The position numbers and the translations under genes were made by a program. The notes beneath the pieces were generated by a model, which searched no databases, was not told the origin of the DNA, and saw only the letters and a program-made list of their open reading frames with translations. Below are positions 27,151 through 30,350 of a DNA stretch of 30,350 nt, piece after piece; position 1 is the first letter of the stretch, and every line of letters begins with the position of its first letter. Source of the stretch: Candidatus Bathyarchaeota archaeon (GTDB lineage Archaea > Thermoproteota > Bathyarchaeia > Bathyarchaeales > Bathycorpusculaceae); NCBI GenBank assembly GCA_963775895.1, contig CAVZKL010000025.1, forward strand, positions 1 through 30,350, written 5' to 3'.

Positions 27151-28509
27151 TTGGCACAATTGAACGACCGAAAATACTTCACAATGTTGGACTCGGATGA
27201 CATGCCGACTTCATGGTACAACATTCAAGCAGACCTTCCCGATGCTCTGCCTCCTCCTCTAGACCCGACGACTCTCAAGCCAGTCGATCCTCGAATGCTT
27301 GAACGGATATTCGCAAAAGAGCTTGTAAGACAGGAAGCAAGTACGGAGAGATACATCAGGATTCCAGACGAGGTTTTTGACGCCTACTTGGCTCTTCCCC
27401 GGCCGACTCCATTATACCGTGCCAGAAGGCTCGAAAAACACCTCAAGACGCCCGCCCAAATCTATTTCAAGTGTGAAAACTTCAGCCCCACAGGAAGCCA
27501 CAAGAACAACACAGCTCTTGCACAGGCTTATTACAACAAGAAGCAGGGAATAGAAGGATTGGTCACTGAAACAGGAGCTGGACAATGGGGCACGTCTCTG
27601 GCTCTAGCCACTGCACTCTTCGAGTTAAAGTGTCGAATCTACATGGTTCGAATAAGCTATCAACAGAAGCCAGGTAGAAGAATTCTCGCCCAATTATACG
27701 GTGCAGAAATGTTTCCATCTCCAAGTGACAACACTGATTTCGGCCGAAGACTACTGAATGCAGATCCAAATCATCCGGGAACACTCGGAATAGCCATAAC
27801 CGAGGCAATTGAAGACACCTTAGCTCATGATGACACGCGTTATTCGCTTGGTTCAGTCCTAAACCACGTTCTTATGCATCAGACGATCATTGGCTTAGAG
27901 GCAAAGAAACAGTTCGATCTTCTCGACGTAAAACCGGACGTGATCTGCGGCTGCATAGGCGGAGGCTCCAACTACGGTGGCTTCTGTTTCCCCTTCATGA
28001 AGGATAAATTGGACGGCAAGACTGACGCGGAATTCGTCGCCTGTGAATCAAGGGCGGTTCCACACACCACCAGAGGCATCTACCAGTACGATTTCGGCGA
28101 CACGGGCAAGATGACTCCTCTCCTAAAGATGTTGACAATAGGGCATGACTACGCATGTCCACCTGTCCATGCTGGTGGCTTGAGATACCATGGAATGGCT
28201 CCGTTGCTATCTTACTTGCTTTACAAAGGATATGCGCGTTCCGTCGCTTACGGTCAAAAGGAGGTTTTTGACGCTGCCAAGCTTCTAATCCAAACGGAGG
28301 GCTTGATTCCTGCTCCAGAAACAACACACAGCTTGAAGTTCGTCGTAGACGAGGCATTGAACTGCAGGAAGACCGGTGAAAAGAAGGTGATAGCCATGAA
28401 CTACAGTGGACACGGTCTGCTTGACTTGTCCGCTTATGAACAGTATTTGGCAGGAAGACTCGTGGAATATGAGCCTGCCAAAATAGAAGTTGCAAGCGTC
28501 GGCCATTAG
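27151..28509 (+). CDS. trpB2: Tryptophan synthase beta chain, type 2 (TrpB2)
   Basis: WYNIQADLP, RPTPLYRA, SPTGSHK, TETGAGQWG, YSLGSVLNHV, GGGSN, HAGGLRYHG, SGHGLLD. No trpA in the window. Confidence 0.95.
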   Translation: MAQLNDRKYFTMLDSDDMPTSWYNIQADLPDALPPPLDPTTLKPVDPRMLERIFAKELVRQEASTERYIRIPDEVFDAYLALPRPTPLYRARRLEKHLKTPAQIYFKCENFSPTGSHKNNTALAQAYYNKKQGIEGLVTETGAGQWGTSLALATALFELKCRIYMVRISYQQKPGRRILAQLYGAEMFPSPSDNTDFGRRLLNADPNHPGTLGIAITEAIEDTLAHDDTRYSLGSVLNHVLMHQTIIGLEAKKQFDLLDVKPDVICGCIGGGSNYGGFCFPFMKDKLDGKTDAEFVACESRAVPHTTRGIYQYDFGDTGKMTPLLKMLTIGHDYACPPVHAGGLRYHGMAPLLSYLLYKGYARSVAYGQKEVFDAAKLLIQTEGLIPAPETTHSLKFVVDEALNCRKTGEKKVIAMNYSGHGLLDLSAYEQYLAGRLVEYEPAKIEVASVGH

Positions 28510-28524
28510 AAAGGTGGAGACCTG

Positions 28525-29166
28525 ATGACTACTGCGATGTTGAAAATGGATTCAAGGCTCAAGTTGGCGTTGCTGCCTATTGACGCGCTAAGGCCGCATG
28601 AAAGGGGTTTGCCTTTGTACCTGCAGGTTTTGAAACGGGAGATTGTTCGAGACGGTGTGCTCAGGTTTCCGATCATCGCTGATGAGAAATCCCACGTTAT
28701 CCTGGATGGAATGCATCGTTGGCTTGTCCTGAAAAGCCTAGGCTACAAAGAAATTCCAGCTATACTAATTGATGCACAAGGAGACATTGGCATCCGCGTC
28801 GGGAGAAGAAGAATTCATCGGTACATGATTGATCCAACCGAAGAAATACAAGTTGAAGAAGTTATCTCAGCAGGACTTAGTAGGCAATTGATGAAGCCAC
28901 GTTCAACTAGGCACTTCTTTCCTTTCTCTAAGCGCCAAGAAATCAACTTTCCACTCAATCTTCTGAAGAAAGGATCCGAACAGGATGTTTCAGAATATCT
29001 CTCGGAAAATTCGCCTGAGAAGTGTGGCGAGGTTATGAATGGGTGGTTGCAGGAGATATGCGAAGAGCTGGAGTTCTTGGCTAAGAGAAAGGAAGAGGTT
29101 GAGAAAGAAAAACAAGAGTTGATCAACAGAGTAACGAACTTGCGCGACTGCCCTGTAACGCGTTAG
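28525..29166 (+). CDS. ParB/Sulfiredoxin-fold protein, SerK/SbnI (serine kinase)-like, with a C-terminal coiled coil
   Basis: LRPHE, PIIAD, ILDGMHRW..LK.LG...IPA and EEVI......LMKPRSTRHFFPF. It starts 15 bp after trpB2, with SD AGGTGGAG. Confidence 0.7.
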   Translation: MTTAMLKMDSRLKLALLPIDALRPHERGLPLYLQVLKREIVRDGVLRFPIIADEKSHVILDGMHRWLVLKSLGYKEIPAILIDAQGDIGIRVGRRRIHRYMIDPTEEIQVEEVISAGLSRQLMKPRSTRHFFPFSKRQEINFPLNLLKKGSEQDVSEYLSENSPEKCGEVMNGWLQEICEELEFLAKRKEEVEKEKQELINRVTNLRDCPVTR

Positions 29167-29243
29167 CAACCCTTTTTAGATCTCATTGGCCAATCTTATC
29201 AGTTGTTGCCCAAGAAAACAGGTGCTGCTGACGAGGTCATTTG

Positions 29244-30347
29244 ATGATTCAGATTAATGCCCCTCAAATCGGAAAGGAGGAAATCAGGGCTGTTGTGAAA
29301 GTTCTGAAAAGTGGGATTCTGACTCATGGGATTGGCGCGGGCCCCAAGGTCATCGAATTTGAGAATCTCTTCTCGAAATATGCAAAGGCCAAATATGCCG
29401 TAGCTGTCAGCACTGGAACAGCTGCCTTACATTCGGCACTCGCAGCTGCAGGCGTGAAACAAGGCGATGAGGTAATTCTGCCGAGCTTTACATTTGTGGC
29501 GACTGCCGAGGTCATCGTCTTCAACAGAGCCAAACCAGTCTTTGTGGACATCAATCCGATTACCTACACTATTTCACCTGAGAAAATCGAGAAAGCCATA
29601 ACCCCAAAAACTGCGGCGATCATGCCCGTTGACCTTTATGGGATGCCTGCTGACATGAAACCTATCAGGGAAATTGCTGACAGACACGGATTAAAGATCA
29701 TCGAAGATGCAGCTCAGGCTCATGGAGCTGTTTACATGGGAAAACCGCCCGGCGCTTTCGCTGATGCCGCATGTTGGAGTTTCTACGGGAGCAAGAACAT
29801 GACGACGGGCGAAGGTGGAATGTTGACCACCAATGACGGTGAACTCGCTGAGACAGTGAAAATCATTCGAAGTCACGGAGAGAAACAGAAATACATGTCC
29901 CTTATGTTGGGACATAACTATCACATGCCAGAAATTGAAGCTGCCATAGGAAGCGTTCAGCTGAAGAAACTGCCGAAGTTCGTTGCCAAGAGACGTTCGA
30001 ACGCGAAGAGGCTGAGCGAGATTCTTGTAAAAACGGACAAGCTTGATCTTCCTATGGAGCCAGAGGGATTCAAATGCAGTTACTATCTTTACACTGTGAG
30101 ACTGAAAAACGCGAAAGCCGAAAGAAGAGACGCGCTGGTCGAAAAGCTGAAGCAGGAAGGGATAGGAGCTTTCGTTTGCTACGTTAATCCCATCCATCTA
30201 ATGCCCTACTACAGAAGATTCGGAAAGTACAGACTTCCAGTAACAGAATCCCTTGCCAAGCAAGTCTTCTCATTGCCGGTCCATCCAGGTGTCACCCCAA
30301 GTCAAATCAGGTTCATAGGCGAAACAACGCTAAGATTATTGCAATAG
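29244..30347 (+). CDS. DegT/DnrJ/EryC1/StrS family PLP-dependent sugar aminotransferase
   Basis: STGTAALH, GDEVILPSFTFVAT, IIEDAAQAHGA, SFYGSKNMTTGEGG and SLPVHP. Confidence 0.93.
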   Translation: MIQINAPQIGKEEIRAVVKVLKSGILTHGIGAGPKVIEFENLFSKYAKAKYAVAVSTGTAALHSALAAAGVKQGDEVILPSFTFVATAEVIVFNRAKPVFVDINPITYTISPEKIEKAITPKTAAIMPVDLYGMPADMKPIREIADRHGLKIIEDAAQAHGAVYMGKPPGAFADAACWSFYGSKNMTTGEGGMLTTNDGELAETVKIIRSHGEKQKYMSLMLGHNYHMPEIEAAIGSVQLKKLPKFVAKRRSNAKRLSEILVKTDKLDLPMEPEGFKCSYYLYTVRLKNAKAERRDALVEKLKQEGIGAFVCYVNPIHLMPYYRRFGKYRLPVTESLAKQVFSLPVHPGVTPSQIRFIGETTLRLLQ

Positions 30348-30350
30348 GTC

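Noticed and set aside
28525-29166. ParB-like gene as a partition or mobile-element marker
   Set aside because: No HTH, adjacent parA, integrase or repeats; the motif set and operon context fit an enzyme.
1-30350. CRISPR arrays, tRNA/rRNA, IS elements
   Set aside because: No repeat-spacer periodicity, RNA gene signature or transposase was seen by eye; intergenic gaps are short. A covariance-model scan was not possible.

Overview
Archaeal genomic window. The gene repertoire, TATA/BRE promoters and GGTGA-type SD sites are consistent with Bathyarchaeia or a similar anaerobic lineage; the taxonomy is inference. It is a dense anaerobic carbon and energy metabolism island. From the left: thrC and a 2-oxoacid:ferredoxin oxidoreductase (alpha/beta/gamma), an Lrp/AsnC-domain protein, DUF166, ppa, two CooC Ni-insertases, the full archaeal ACDS operon cdhABCDE, a ferredoxin-like protein and a 59-aa CooT missed by the ORF track. 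These are followed by a MetV-MetF fusion preceded by a tandem (ferredoxin-MvhD)x2 protein, an FrhB-like F420 protein, EtfBA, an acyl-CoA dehydrogenase and HdrACB. The right end holds a TrpY-like regulator divergent from trpB2 and a minimal SerK-like ParB/Srx protein, with 10-bp-phased TGTACA-like TRP boxes between them, then a DegT aminotransferase. The two best candidates for undescribed systems are (1) a Trp-regulated trpB2 + serine-kinase-like indole-salvage module and (2) an archaeal hybrid Wood-Ljungdahl methyl-branch module (MetVF/MvhD/HdrABC plus FrhB/ETF/ACAD). About ten single-base frameshifts in otherwise intact genes look like consensus errors. No rRNA, tRNA, CRISPR or mobile element was recognised. 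All family assignments are from motif recognition, not database searches.
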